DNA from: an uncultured Nitrospiraceae bacterium
GTDB lineage: Bacteria > Nitrospirota > Thermodesulfovibrionia > Thermodesulfovibrionales > SM23-35
Assembly (NCBI GenBank): GCA_963727775.1
Contig: CAVSHB010000002.1
Span: forward strand, 640,001-704,000
Reading direction: 5' to 3'
DNA length: 64,000 bases
Both the position numbers and the translations under genes were made by a program. Below the pieces are notes generated by a model. That model was not told where the DNA came from. It searched no databases and worked only from the letters and a program-made list of their open reading frames with translations. Of the stretch, positions 1 to 10,083 are shown one piece after another; position 1 is the first letter of the stretch; every line of letters begins with the position of its first letter.

Positions 1-1
1 A

Positions 2-361
2 ATAAAACTCAGATATGCACGCGAAATTAACGAGGAAAGCGTCAAGTTATTTCTTTTTTATAGAAAGTTAGCGCTCAATCTCAATCTACCCACCATGACT
101 GTTAGAATACGCCTCTTTCATGTACAAAATGGTGTCTTATTAACTGATCGCATATATTTCCAGCCATCGATGGAAAGCTTTAGAGCGCCTGATACTAACG
201 ACGTAGAAATTGAACGTGTCATTAATGTCAACAATGCACCGAAGCAAGAATATACGGACTTATTGATGCACATATGGGAATCCTTCCGATCATCGAGCGG
301 TAAATATCCTATCCTTAAGGAAGAAGACTTTTCTTGGTTAGAAGATAATCTTGAAATATGA
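2..361 (+). CDS. C-terminal part of a hypothetical protein, 5' end outside the window (probable integron cassette gene)
   Basis: The frame of ORF 95..361 is open back to base 2 (IKLRYAREINEESVKLFLFYRKLALNLNLPT-M...), so ATG 95 is probably internal; an attC-like site follows directly. Confidence 0.6.
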   Translation: MKLRYAREINEESVKLFLFYRKLALNLNLPTMTVRIRLFHVQNGVLLTDRIYFQPSMESFRAPDTNDVEIERVINVNNAPKQEYTDLLMHIWESFRSSSGKYPILKEEDFSWLEDNLEI

Positions 362-364
362 GAA

Positions 365-434
365 GCATAACAGGGTACATATGAGCATCCAACCAGACGT
401 ACAAGCGGCCAAGCCGCTTAACTCACTGTTATTG
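365..434 (+). mobile_element. degenerate attC-like site
   Basis: GCATAAC (365-371) 3 nt after the stop codon, inner hairpin AAGCGGC-caa-GCCGCTT, attC-style end GCTTAACTCACT-GTTATTG (core 428-434). Confidence 0.5.
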
Positions 435-498
435 CAATTAGAATAATGCCAAAAGTTCCTTATGTTACGTTATAATGGTTTCTATAAGGAGGTAAATT

Positions 499-711
499 AT
501 GAATGCAGAATATACAGCAGTAATAAAGCAATCAGGCGATTGGTGGATTGGCTGGATAGAGGAAATTCCGGGTGTAAATTGCCAGGAAGGAACATATGAC
601 GAACTGCTTGAAAGCCTTCGGCTAACCCTGAAAGAGGCACTTGACTTTAACCGAAAGGACGCTATCGCCGCTGCAGGTTCAGGATATAAAGAAGAAAAAA
701 TCGCGGTATGA
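499..711 (+). CDS. hicB: HicB-family antitoxin (short form, no DNA-binding domain)
   Basis: YTAVIKQSGDWWIGWIEEIPGVNCQEGTYDELLESL is the HicB RNase H-like motif; RBS AAGGAGG. Confidence 0.9.
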   Translation: MNAEYTAVIKQSGDWWIGWIEEIPGVNCQEGTYDELLESLRLTLKEALDFNRKDAIAAAGSGYKEEKIAV

Positions 712-896
712 AGCGCAGTGAACTGCTGAAGTATCTGCGGTCACAAAAATGTGAATTTATCAGAGAAGGTAGCCGCCATTCATGGTGGTGGAATCCCAGC
801 CAGAACAAACGATCCTCCATTCCAAGACATGCTGAAATCGATGATAATCTTGCTCGAAAAATTTGTAAAGACCTCGGTATAGAACAAATAAAATGA
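708..896 (+). CDS. hicA: HicA-family toxin (mRNA interferase)
   Basis: 62 aa with REGSRH catalytic His motif and IPRHAEI..LARKICKDLGI; ATGA overlap with hicB. Confidence 0.9.
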   Translation: MKRSELLKYLRSQKCEFIREGSRHSWWWNPSQNKRSSIPRHAEIDDNLARKICKDLGIEQIK

Positions 897-897
897 G

Positions 898-986
898 CTA
901 TAACACAGCCTTCGACCAGACGCGGATTATAGTAGTAGGCGTAGTGTGTTATTTGAGTCTATAATTCGCCCCGGTGAACCAGGGCG
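898..986 (+). mobile_element. attC-like site that ends at the crossover G
   Basis: R'' CTATAAC, 5-nt spacer, L'' CTTC[G]ACC pairing with L' GGTGAAC, stem GCGGATTATAG/CTATAATTCGC, 6-nt spacer, then G|AAC instead of G|TT. Confidence 0.6.
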
Positions 987-1022
987 AACAAAAAGTGGTT
1001 TGCAAAAACATTTTGTAAGACT

Positions 1023-1778
1023 TCAAGGGATCGTGTCAATCGATGCGAATTTGGGCTCATGCAGAGGGATAAGGATATCCGCCATATCTTTCACTTTCAA
1101 TACGATATCGTATGCTTCATAAGCGTTAACATGAGTGCCCGGAGGAATGACTTCCATCTCCATGGCTTTTATCCTCAGCGGAGGATCAAAGTTTTCCATA
1201 ATAATACAAAAGCCTGTTATTGCGGCTTTCCCCTGGGAAGTATCCACTATTACCGTTAGACCGCCTTTGGTATGCGCCGGCGTGTGGACAACATTAATTC
1301 CCGGAAGAATCTCTGCGTCTCCGGTAACCTTCTTTATCTGTCCCCTTTTTTCTATGTCAAGGATATAATCTTCCATATAGCGGATGTCGAGGGGATGAGG
1401 GTAGTGTATCTGCTCCAATTCTTTCTCATGTATATAAAATACCGCATTAACACATTTATCGTCGTTTTCGCAGTGGTCGCTGTGCAGATGTGTGTGTATA
1501 ACAATGTCGATGTCTTCCGGCTTCAACCCCCATCGCGCCAGTCCCTCCTCAAACTTATAAATCTTTCCCCCGATGGCGCTTTCTCTTTCCTTAGACAATA
1601 GAGGCGCTATTTCTCCGGTATCCACGAGGACTTTTTTGTCTCCGCCTTCCAGATACCAGCAGTAAATGGGGATGGTATACGGTTCGCCATAGCCGTACTG
1701 ATATGTCATCATGCTTTTGTCAAAGGCCTTTGTCCCCATTACGATTGGATGTATTTTGTATTTGTTTAATGTGTCCAT
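1023..1778 (-). CDS. Metallo-beta-lactamase-fold hydrolase, N-acyl homoserine lactonase family
   Basis: LVDTG, HTHLHSDH (HxHxDH), TPAHT and terminal IPLH motifs. Confidence 0.85.
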   Translation of the reverse strand: MDTLNKYKIHPIVMGTKAFDKSMMTYQYGYGEPYTIPIYCWYLEGGDKKVLVDTGEIAPLLSKERESAIGGKIYKFEEGLARWGLKPEDIDIVIHTHLHSDHCENDDKCVNAVFYIHEKELEQIHYPHPLDIRYMEDYILDIEKRGQIKKVTGDAEILPGINVVHTPAHTKGGLTVIVDTSQGKAAITGFCIIMENFDPPLRIKAMEMEVIPPGTHVNAYEAYDIVLKVKDMADILIPLHEPKFASIDTIP

Positions 1779-1952
1779 ATAATCCTCCTTAATTTATACA
1801 TTATATTATTTAATTATCTAATTATCAAAACATTGAGGGGATATAAAATTTGGTTAATTTCCAACAAATAAGCCACGCGCCCCGAAGAAACTTTCTTTTA
1901 TTGACTTAAAGTCTCTTTTTCTTATATCCTTCCTCTCAAGGAAAAATAATAA

Positions 1953-2570
1953 ATGGGCGTATTCTCAAAAGATCGGGACTTCTTTGCGTTATTTGATAAG
2001 GCGGCAGCCAATGTTACACGAGCGGCCACTGTATTGGTCGCTATTATGGAACACTTTACTAACCTGGATAACTGGGCAAAAGAAGTGCACGAATTAGAAG
2101 AAGAAGGAGATTTAATAACCCATGATATCATCAAGAAATTGAATAAGACCTTCGTTACCTCTATCGACAGGGAAGATATCCATGCCCTGGCATCGACATT
2201 GGACGATATCCTCGACTTCATTTGGGGTACGGCTGAAAGGCTTGCCGTGTTTAAAATGACTGAATCGATGAAAGATGCGGTAATTATGTCAAAAGAACTC
2301 CTCACTACCGTGGAATTGGTCCATAAAGCGATAAAAAAATTGAAGGAAAAAAATTATGCCCAGATGCAGGAATACTGTGTCGAAATCAACAAACTCGAAA
2401 ACAAACTGGACAGAGAATTTAGAGACGCGCTCGGACGTTTATTCGATGAAATAAAAGACCCCGTCCTTGTGATTAAATGGAAAGAGATATATGAGCATCT
2501 CGAAAATGCATCCGATAAATGTGAGGATGTTGCCGATATTTTGGAATCCATAGCCATCAAGACCGCATAA
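1953..2570 (+). CDS. DUF47 / PhoU-like phosphate transport regulator
   Basis: ELEEEGDLITH, FVTSIDREDI, WKEIYEHLENASDKCEDVAD motifs. Confidence 0.9.
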   Translation: MGVFSKDRDFFALFDKAAANVTRAATVLVAIMEHFTNLDNWAKEVHELEEEGDLITHDIIKKLNKTFVTSIDREDIHALASTLDDILDFIWGTAERLAVFKMTESMKDAVIMSKELLTTVELVHKAIKKLKEKNYAQMQEYCVEINKLENKLDREFRDALGRLFDEIKDPVLVIKWKEIYEHLENASDKCEDVADILESIAIKTA

Positions 2571-2964
2571 TAGCTTTTTTGTTTGCCATAATCTGATTTC
2601 TGAAATTCGTCTGAATTTTATAAACTGTTCCCGTCTATGTTGTTGCAATTTATGATTTCAAAACAGTAGTATCTAATAAATTGGGATTTTAGGAGGAAAA
2701 TAGGATGCAAAATTTCTTTTCGGAGTCATTCGGCCGTAAACATGTTCTCACGCACTTCAGGGCACTTAAATTGTAATTTATTCAGTAATTTTGTTATTTT
2801 AATGATCAGTGAGCCTAATCGAACTATGACAATAAATCAAATGGCTATGACGATTCAATAAGTTCAGGATGACAATTCAAGGCTTTTGCAAGAGCCTCAA
2901 TTGTGTTAATATGACATACAACTTGTGAAGAATTATTTGATTTAAATATCTTATAGGAGCAAAG

Positions 2965-3189
2965 ATGATGGTTGTCAAATTAGACACAACAGGTTCCAGA
3001 TGTCCTCAGCCAATCCTGAAAATCGCTACAAAATCACCCGATATGCAGCCTGGCGATATCCTGGAAATAACTGGGGATTGTCCAAGCTTTGAGAAGGATA
3101 TTCGTGCTTGGTGTATGAGGCTGAGGAAGACGCTTATGTTTATCAGAGATGAAGGTGGTGGCAGGATGAGGTGTCAGATACGGTTTTAG
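2965..3189 (+). CDS. TusA/SirA-family sulfur carrier
   Basis: LDTTGSRCPQP (CPxP) and GDILEITGDCPSFEKDIRAWC. Confidence 0.85.
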   Translation: MMVVKLDTTGSRCPQPILKIATKSPDMQPGDILEITGDCPSFEKDIRAWCMRLRKTLMFIRDEGGGRMRCQIRF

Positions 3190-3402
3190 ATGTTTGGAGA
3201 GTAAAATCAAGGCTTCTCGAATTTGTTTATCTCAATAATAAGTTTTGGTATTTTTTTATTTGTAGTCTGGAAAATGGATTTGTAATCTGATCTCAATATG
3301 GAGCACCGTTATCGTAACCTTAAGTTAAAGAATTCTCAGCAACAATCTGTTAGTAGAGATTTTAGCGATGTTTCTAAAAAGAAACCCTACGCCCTTACCC
3401 GG

Positions 3403-3432
3403 TTGACTTAATTATGAGCATATGCCTATAAT
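3403..3432 (+). promoter_or_regulatory. sigma70 promoter with a palindromic operator overlapping spacer and -10 (copy 1)
   Basis: TTGACT-N18-TATAAT; palindrome TTATGAGCATATGCCTATAA at 3412-3431; GTG start 6 nt after the -10. Confidence 0.7.
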
Positions 3433-3438
3433 TCATTT

Positions 3439-4803
3439 GTGGAGGATATCTTGGCAAAGAAGAAGATGGTTCATTCGGTGGCGACCAAGATTATTCTTGA
3501 CAGCATTGCAGATGGCGTTTTTACCGTGGACAAAGACTGGGCTATCAGTTCTTTTAACCGCGCTGCTGAAGGCATCACCGGTATTACTTCCCGTGAAGCA
3601 ATAGGTCAGAAGTGTTTTGATATCCTGCATGCCAATATCTGCCAGACTGCTTGCGCCCTCCGGAAGACGTTAAAGACCGGCAAGGAGATCATCGATCTGC
3701 CTGTAAACATCCTGGACAAGGAAGGGAAAATTATCCCCATATCGATCAGTACGGCAGTTTTAAAGGATGAAAGAGGGAACATCATCGGCGGAGTTGAAAC
3801 ATTCCGTGATCTCTCTGCATTGGAGGTACTTAAAAAACAGATCTCCCGACAGTATTCTTTTGAAGATATTATCAGCAAGAATTATGATATGCAGGCGATC
3901 TTTGCTATCCTTCCGGATATTGCCGAAAGTGACAGCACGGTGATCATAGAAGGCGAAAGCGGTACAGGCAAGGAACTATTTGCGCGGGCAATCCATAATG
4001 TAAGCAAAAGGAAAAAAGGGCCGTTTGTTGCAGTCAACTGTGGGGCACTTCCGGAGAACCTTCTCGAGCCTGAATTTTTTGGCTATAAACAGGGGGCGTT
4101 TACCGATGCAAAGAAGGACAAGCCCGGACGTTTTGCCCTTGCCGAGGGCGGGACACTCTTTCTGGATGAAGTCGGTGATCTTCCCCTTTCCTTACAGGCA
4201 AAACTGCTCCGCGTTCTGCAGGAGAAAGAGTATGAGCCATTAGGGGCTACCGGTTCGGTTAAGACGGATGTGCGCATCATATCAGCTACCAATCATAATC
4301 TATCGGAGATGGTTTCTCAAAAGACCTTTCGTGAAGATTTGTTCTATCGCCTCAACATTATTAAAATAGTGCTTCCGCCACTGAGAAAACGAAAAGAAGA
4401 TATCCCTCTGCTTGTGGATCATGTGATTAAAAAGTTAGCTGCTGGCAAGGGCAGGAACATTACCGGCATTTCAGATGATGTGCTGCGTCTCTTTATGACT
4501 TATGACTTTCCTGGCAATGTCCGGGAACTTGAAAACCTGTTGGAATATGCATTTGTTATGTGCCGAAATGGAGAGATAAAGAGTGAACATCTTTCGAAAG
4601 ATTTCAGAGAAGCAGTCAAGACAAACACAACTCATTTTCATGACATATATTTACGGGATCGTAACAAAGAGATAGAAGGTGAGTCTATCAAAGAGGTGTT
4701 GAAAAGAAACCTTGGTCATCGTGGCAACACTGCGCAAGAACTGGGAATAGATCCGAGCACGCTCTGGAGGAAGATGAAAAAGCTCGGGGTAGTTGATGGG
4801 TAA
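3439..4803 (+). CDS. PAS-domain sigma54-dependent activator (OrpR-like)
   Basis: PAS with CFDILHANICQTAC cysteines, [25 protein letters not shown]-terminal Fis HTH; next to an ORP-type cluster. Confidence 0.9.
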   Translation: MEDILAKKKMVHSVATKIILDSIADGVFTVDKDWAISSFNRAAEGITGITSREAIGQKCFDILHANICQTACALRKTLKTGKEIIDLPVNILDKEGKIIPISISTAVLKDERGNIIGGVETFRDLSALEVLKKQISRQYSFEDIISKNYDMQAIFAILPDIAESDSTVIIEGESGTGKELFARAIHNVSKRKKGPFVAVNCGALPENLLEPEFFGYKQGAFTDAKKDKPGRFALAEGGTLFLDEVGDLPLSLQAKLLRVLQEKEYEPLGATGSVKTDVRIISATNHNLSEMVSQKTFREDLFYRLNIIKIVLPPLRKRKEDIPLLVDHVIKKLAAGKGRNITGISDDVLRLFMTYDFPGNVRELENLLEYAFVMCRNGEIKSEHLSKDFREAVKTNTTHFHDIYLRDRNKEIEGESIKEVLKRNLGHRGNTAQELGIDPSTLWRKMKKLGVVDG

Positions 4804-4932
4804 GAATTTATTGCATTAATACAATAGTAACTTGCATCATCTTGCAGTTTTGCAATACATAATTTATATTGCAAAATCTCACTATCCGTAAAGCCGTTTG
4901 ATTTCATATGTAAATTTAACTCTGTATACTGG

Positions 4933-4948
4933 TGGCATCTTCCTTGCT
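4933..4948 (+). promoter_or_regulatory. sigma54 (-24/-12) promoter of the mrp operon
   Basis: TGGCATCTTCCTTGCT = GG-N10-GC; TTGCA/TGCAA-rich candidate enhancer at about 4811-4875. Confidence 0.75.
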
Positions 4949-5169
4949 TACATCCAATAATGAGGATTTATTTGTTTTCCCCTGTATTCTTGTCGCAGGG
5001 CTCCCATTAACTCCTCTATCCTTGAAGGGAACAGAGGTGGAGCGAACGGGTAAAAAAATCGCCTCGTTCGTTGCCATCTCCCTTCAGGAAGGGAAGAATT
5101 TGAAAAGCATTGCCCATCAGTTTACTGATCGGATATTTCGGATATTTATGAAAGAGAGGAATTTATATT

Positions 5170-6060
5170 ATGGACAAGACAACTGATAACAAGGGGATGG
5201 AAAATGCCTGTCCATCCAAGAAACATCCCGGCAAAGATGAGATAGAAGAGCTTAAGGAAAAACTCATGCTTGACCAAAATATTTGCGGTATACGCCATAA
5301 AATACTGGTCATATCAGGCAAGGGTGGGGTCGGGAAAAGTTCTGTCGCTGCGAATATTGCTGTCGGCCTTTCCTTAAAAGGGAAAGGGGTCGGACTCATG
5401 GATATAGATATTCATGGACCGAGTATCCCGAAGATGGTCGGGCTTGAAGGGGCGCCGCTGAGACAGTCCGAAGAAGGATTAATGCCGATAGAATACAGCG
5501 ATAATCTCAAAGTTATGTCCATAGGCTTTCTCATCCGGGACCGGAAAGATGCCGTCATATGGAGGGCGCCTCTGAAGCACAGTCTTATAAGGCAGTTTCT
5601 TACCGATGTCAGATGGGGAGACCTTGATTATCTTATCGTGGACTGTCCACCCGGCACCGGCGATGAACTGATATCGATCGCTCAGCTCCTTGAGGGGGCG
5701 GACGGTGCTGTCATTGTCACAACACCCCAGGACGTTGCACTTAACGATGTCCGTAAATCGATATCTTTTTGCCGTCATGTTAATCTGCCCATTATCGGTG
5801 TTGTGGAGAATATGAGCGGTTTTGTCTGTCCACATTGCGGAGTCACTGCAGATATTTTCAAAACAGGCGGTGGAGAAAAGATGGCGTTGGAGATGGGAGT
5901 GCCATTCTTGGGAAGGATACCGTTAGAACCGAAAATAGTTGAATACAGCGACAGTGGAAAACCTTTCCTGCGGGATTTTGCAGAGACTGAAGCTGCAAAG
6001 GCTTTCGAAGCTATAATAACCCCGCTGTTAAGCATGAGTAGAGAAAAGGAGAAAGAATAA
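5170..6060 (+). CDS. mrp: Mrp/NBP35 (ApbC) Fe-S cluster carrier ATPase
   Basis: SGKGGVGKSS, DIDIHGPSIP, DCPPGTGD, ENMSGFVCPHC. Confidence 0.92.
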   Translation: MDKTTDNKGMENACPSKKHPGKDEIEELKEKLMLDQNICGIRHKILVISGKGGVGKSSVAANIAVGLSLKGKGVGLMDIDIHGPSIPKMVGLEGAPLRQSEEGLMPIEYSDNLKVMSIGFLIRDRKDAVIWRAPLKHSLIRQFLTDVRWGDLDYLIVDCPPGTGDELISIAQLLEGADGAVIVTTPQDVALNDVRKSISFCRHVNLPIIGVVENMSGFVCPHCGVTADIFKTGGGEKMALEMGVPFLGRIPLEPKIVEYSDSGKPFLRDFAETEAAKAFEAIITPLLSMSREKEKE

Positions 6061-6061
6061 G

Positions 6062-6310
6062 ATGCCGACCTATGAATATCTTTGTAATGAGTGCGGCAAG
6101 AGATTTGAGATAAATCAGTCGATGCACGATCTTCCGATCGAAACATGCTCAGAATGTAAGGGAACAGTCCGGCGGGTTATCTCAGGAGGAAGCGGCTTTA
6201 TTTTAAAGAGCGCTGGTTCTGAGCATCCTTCTCAGCCGCGTTGTGGGAAGAGCGAAACCTGCTGTGGCAGCAAAACACCCTGTGAGACGCCTTCCTGTGA
6301 AGAAGGATAA
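6062..6310 (+). CDS. FmdB-family zinc-ribbon protein with Cys-rich tail
   Basis: MPTYEYLCNECG...CSECKG..RRVIS; C-terminal CGKSETCCGSKTPCETPSC. Confidence 0.85.
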   Translation: MPTYEYLCNECGKRFEINQSMHDLPIETCSECKGTVRRVISGGSGFILKSAGSEHPSQPRCGKSETCCGSKTPCETPSCEEG

Positions 6311-6330
6311 TAAAAGACGATAATCTAAAT

Positions 6331-7503
6331 ATGGAAGAGGACGGGAAAAAGGTTGCATTATATTCAACACTGCTGAATGTGGTCTTCCTTTTTCTGAAAA
6401 GCAGCCTTGCCGTTCTTTCAGGAAGCGCTGCAATCATGGCTGAAGCAATCCACAGTTTTACGGATGTTATAGGGAGTCTGACAGTCTTGATGGGGATTTC
6501 AATCTCGAAGAGGAAGTCACCGTCTTTCCCTTGGGGGCTCTATAAGGTAGAGAATATTGCCGCCATCGTCTCTGCCTTCTTTGTACTACTTATGGCATAT
6601 GAACTCGGAAGAAATATTTTTTCTCCGGAAGCAAAGGAAATTGCAAACAGGACTATTTCAGTGGCGGTCCTTTCCCTGATGACAGTGCCGGTTTTTCTTT
6701 TTGCCAAATATGAAAAGAATAAGGCAAAGGGGCTTAACTCTCCGGGCCTTTTGGCCGATGCTCAAAACTGGATGGCAGATATTGCACCGTTGGGCATCGT
6801 GATTATAGGATTTGTAAGTTCAGCAATCTATCCTTCTACTGATAAAATAGCGTCGGCAATTATCATTTTGTTTATTGTCAAGGCTGGCTACGATATTGTA
6901 AAAAATTCCGTGAAGAGTCTTCTTGATGCATCTGTTGATGCTGAAACCATCAAAAAGATGAGGATGATCGTCAACAGTTTCAGTGAGGTTGAGGAGATAA
7001 CCGAATTGAATGCGCGGAATTCCGGGAGCTTCATTTTTGTGCTCCTTAATTTGCGGCTGTCCCTCAAAAAATTAAAAGAAGCTCATGACACAGCAGATAG
7101 AATTGAATGGGCAATAAAAAAAGAGATACCGTTTGTAGACAGGGTCACTATTCATTATGAGCCTGAGAAAAGGGAATTTATAAGATATGCCGTCTCTATT
7201 TCAAATCGCGAAGGAACTCTTTCCAAGCACTTCGGCAGCGCTCCCCTGATTGCCTTCTGGACTGAAAAGATCTCCGATAGAAATGTATTATCACGGGAGA
7301 TATTAGACAATCCTTTTCTCCATATTGAAAAGGGAAAGGGGCTTAGGCTTGCGGAATACCTTGTAGAGAGAAAGGTCGACGTTCTATATCTAAAAAAGCC
7401 TTTTGAAGGCAAAGGGCCTGAATATGTATTTTCAAATTCTGAGGTAGAGGTACGGATAACCGATAAGGAAACAATCAAGCAACTCATGCATGATATAATC
7501 TAA
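6331..7503 (+). CDS. Cation diffusion facilitator (FieF-like) fused to a C-terminal NifB/NifX-like domain
   Basis: AEAIHSFTD, FPWGLYKVEN, ZT dimerisation region, then SKHFGSAP. Confidence 0.85.
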   Translation: MEEDGKKVALYSTLLNVVFLFLKSSLAVLSGSAAIMAEAIHSFTDVIGSLTVLMGISISKRKSPSFPWGLYKVENIAAIVSAFFVLLMAYELGRNIFSPEAKEIANRTISVAVLSLMTVPVFLFAKYEKNKAKGLNSPGLLADAQNWMADIAPLGIVIIGFVSSAIYPSTDKIASAIIILFIVKAGYDIVKNSVKSLLDASVDAETIKKMRMIVNSFSEVEEITELNARNSGSFIFVLLNLRLSLKKLKEAHDTADRIEWAIKKEIPFVDRVTIHYEPEKREFIRYAVSISNREGTLSKHFGSAPLIAFWTEKISDRNVLSREILDNPFLHIEKGKGLRLAEYLVERKVDVLYLKKPFEGKGPEYVFSNSEVEVRITDKETIKQLMHDII

Positions 7504-7530
7504 TCAATAAATATAGTAGGTATAAAAACC

Positions 7531-8589
7531 ATGAAAATCGAAGCATGTCAAATTTATGAGACAGTAAAAAACAATCTTCCTGTAGGATTTACATTGGTTG
7601 ATGAGGAAGGTATGATTATCGACTTTAACTCCCAGGCCGAGGTAATCACCGGCTACCTAAAAAGCGAGGTGCTTGGTCAATCTCACCTTGAGATTCTCCA
7701 TGGCACAACCGACAGGGAAGCCTGTCCGCTGTTTCGATTCGCTCTTGATAGAAAACAACAGACAGCAGCAGTAGAGACAAACATAAAGCAAAAAAGCGGT
7801 GAAATAATCACTATCGTTGCCTCGATAGCACCTATTTTTGATGAAGATCAGAATTTCGTCGGAGGCATTGAACTATTCAGAGATATTACAAAAATCAAGA
7901 AACTGGAAAGAGAACGGAAAAATATCCTTCCTATGTTTGCCCATGATATGAAGAATCCCGTTATTACGGTTAGCGGTTTTTTATCAAGATTGCTTTCAGG
8001 GAGAGCGGGTTCGCTTACAGAACCCCAATTAAATTATCTGCATATAATGAAAGATGAGCTGACAAAAGTTGAAGACTTGATAAGCGATTTCCTTGAATTT
8101 TCCCGTTTTGAGGCAACAGAATACAAACCGTTAAAAAGTGCATTTAACATAGAAGAAGCCATAAACCATCAGATAGAAAAAATTAGACCTGAGACGGACA
8201 AGAAGGACATCCGAATCTCTTTTGAATATCCTGAGAACTTTGTCCCCGTGATCAGCGTTGACGGAAAAATGATAGAGCGGGTTCTCGCAAATTTATTTGA
8301 TAATGCGATCAAATACTCACTATGCAATTCCTCAATTACGATAAAACTTGCCGACTGGAATCTGGAAGTTCTGGTACAGCTGATTGATACAGGTATTGGT
8401 ATAGCTGAAGAAAATATTCCTTATATCTTTGATGCCTTTTACCGTGTTAGCAGAGACTCGGAAGGCTCAGGTCTCGGCCTTTCTATTGCAAAGGCTATAA
8501 TAGAGGCGCATGGCGGAAAAATATGGGTAAAGAGTGCTCCGGGAAAAGGCAGCACTTTCAGTTTCACCCTCCCGAAAGGTGAGCGGTAA
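7531..8589 (+). CDS. PAS-domain sensor histidine kinase (orphan)
   Basis: [12 protein letters not shown]-box; [21 protein letters not shown]. Confidence 0.9.
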   Translation: MKIEACQIYETVKNNLPVGFTLVDEEGMIIDFNSQAEVITGYLKSEVLGQSHLEILHGTTDREACPLFRFALDRKQQTAAVETNIKQKSGEIITIVASIAPIFDEDQNFVGGIELFRDITKIKKLERERKNILPMFAHDMKNPVITVSGFLSRLLSGRAGSLTEPQLNYLHIMKDELTKVEDLISDFLEFSRFEATEYKPLKSAFNIEEAINHQIEKIRPETDKKDIRISFEYPENFVPVISVDGKMIERVLANLFDNAIKYSLCNSSITIKLADWNLEVLVQLIDTGIGIAEENIPYIFDAFYRVSRDSEGSGLGLSIAKAIIEAHGGKIWVKSAPGKGSTFSFTLPKGER

Positions 8590-8655
8590 AAGTGTCGCAG
8601 GTACAGGAATAATAGAGAAATTCATTGGAGAAGAAATTAGGGGAAGATCTTAAAA

Positions 8656-9090
8656 ATGAAGATAAAACCAATAGGGATTATTCATTCACCGTTCAAATCC
8701 AAACAAGAGACTCCCATTCAACCATTCCAGTCAAAAGCTGTGGGGGAAATAAAAGTATTCAGGGAATATGAACAGGGATTGGATGATATAGAGAGTTTTT
8801 CCCATCTGATCCTTATCTATGAGTTCCACAGGTCAAAAGGTTTTAGCCTGAAGGTAAAACCCATTATGGATGACAGGCTGAGAGGACTGTTTGCCACGAG
8901 AGCTCCGAGAAGACCGAACCAGATCGGGTTGTCTGTCGTTAAGCTCATACGGCGCAGGGGGAATATTTTATTTGTGAACGGGATTGATGTCATTGACGGA
9001 ACACCATTGCTTGATATAAAGCCATATCTGCCGGATTTTAATTCAGGAGAAGAAGTCAGAACCTGCTGGATCGCAGGGAGAACACAATGA
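8656..9090 (+). CDS. tsaA: TsaA/TrmO-family SAM-binding methyltransferase
   Basis: IKPIGIIHSPF, GLFATRAPRRPNQIGLS, DGTPLLDIKPY. Confidence 0.85.
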   Translation: MKIKPIGIIHSPFKSKQETPIQPFQSKAVGEIKVFREYEQGLDDIESFSHLILIYEFHRSKGFSLKVKPIMDDRLRGLFATRAPRRPNQIGLSVVKLIRRRGNILFVNGIDVIDGTPLLDIKPYLPDFNSGEEVRTCWIAGRTQ

Positions 9091-9131
9091 AACATATAGT
9101 CATAATGCGTGGCAAGGGTGGTACAGGGAAC
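9087..9131 (+). pseudogene. N-terminal stub of a MinD-like ATPase
   Basis: ATGA-coupled to tsaA; MKHIVIMRGKGGTGN resembles MKQLTIISGKGGTGK of 11963..12841, then similarity stops. Confidence 0.55.
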
Positions 9132-9292
9132 GGATTAAATAATATATGTATACGGCCCTATGGGGTTTCTCCTGTTTTGTGCAGGGAAAAAGAAGAGACA
9201 ATTACAAGGATGTAATTTAAGATGTGTATTGGACATGATATTGATTAAGAAAGCTGACAAGAGTTAACAGCGTTTAGTAAACATATCTAATG

Positions 9293-9814
9293 AATTGGGT
9301 GGGGTAAAATTCTTTTTGGTAAGGAGGCAGAATGATGAGAAAAACAGGAACTGTAATAGCAGTGCTTACAATTTTTAGCCTTTTTTTCACTATTGACTCA
9401 TTTGCACAAATGGGTTCGATGTGGAAAGGAAGTGGTGGCTGGGGCATGGGTATGCAATATGGCAAAATGTTTAATCCTAAAACTGTTGAGACTATAACTG
9501 GAGTAGTAGTCAGCGTGGATAAAATTACACCGATGAAGGGGATGTCCCAAGGCATGCATATGATATTGAAAACAGACAAGGAAACTATTGCAGTGCATCT
9601 GGGTCCCAGTTGGTATATTGAAAATCAAGACATTAAAATTGAGCAAAAAGACAGAGTTGAGGTTAATGGCTCAAGAATCACCTTTGAAGGGAAACCTGCT
9701 ATTATTGCAGCCGAAGTGAAGAAAGGAAATGAAATATTGAAACTTCGTGATGAAAAAGGGTTCCCTGTATGGAGTGGTTGGAGACGTCGCTAAATAATGA
9801 GACCCCACCCAATT
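9293..9814. repeat. 13-bp perfect inverted repeat bracketing one gene
   Basis: AATTGGGTGGGGT (9293-9305) / ACCCCACCCAATT (9802-9814). Confidence 0.7.
9332..9793 (+). CDS. Secreted OB-fold-like protein
   Basis: Signal peptide ending DSFA-Q, Gly/Met-rich linker, VHLGPSWY, C-terminal LRDEKGFPVWSGWRRR; RBS AAGGAGG. Confidence 0.75.
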   Translation: MMRKTGTVIAVLTIFSLFFTIDSFAQMGSMWKGSGGWGMGMQYGKMFNPKTVETITGVVVSVDKITPMKGMSQGMHMILKTDKETIAVHLGPSWYIENQDIKIEQKDRVEVNGSRITFEGKPAIIAAEVKKGNEILKLRDEKGFPVWSGWRRR

Positions 9815-10012
9815 ACTCCCTCTTAAATTGACTGTCTTTCAATTGGAAATCGCCATGGTATTCTGCATCGGAGCAGGGATATTGAAACCTTTCACCATTA
9901 TTAGTTTTTAAATAATCGCACGTCAAGTTTATTGTGATATTGCATTATATATTTGCAATGCATTGCAAATATGCATTAGGTGATTTTTTATCCGCAAACA
10001 TTCTCTATACGC

Positions 10013-10025
10013 TAACGCTTTGATT
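10013..10025 (-). promoter_or_regulatory. IHF binding site
   Basis: TAACGCTTTGATT is the reverse complement of WATCAANNNNTTR; lies between the TTGCA-rich enhancer (about 9940-9978) and a sigma54 promoter. Confidence 0.55.
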
Positions 10026-10053
10026 AATCTGCATATTTCAAATTATTCCTTCC

Positions 10054-10069
10054 TGGCATATTGTTTGCA
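10054..10069 (+). promoter_or_regulatory. sigma54 (-24/-12) promoter of the NifX/ATPase operon
   Basis: TGGCATATTGTTTGCA = GG-N10-GC. Confidence 0.8.
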
Positions 10070-10083
10070 CTATGTATTTTGTT

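Noticed and set aside
40..95. Possible attI site (AAAGTTAGCG) ahead of ORF 95..361
   Set aside because: The reading frame is open from base 2, so this stretch is probably coding
2705..2776. Short ORF after AGGAGG (MQNFFSESFGRKHVLTHFRALKL)
   Set aside because: No recognisable family; the surroundings look like repeat debris
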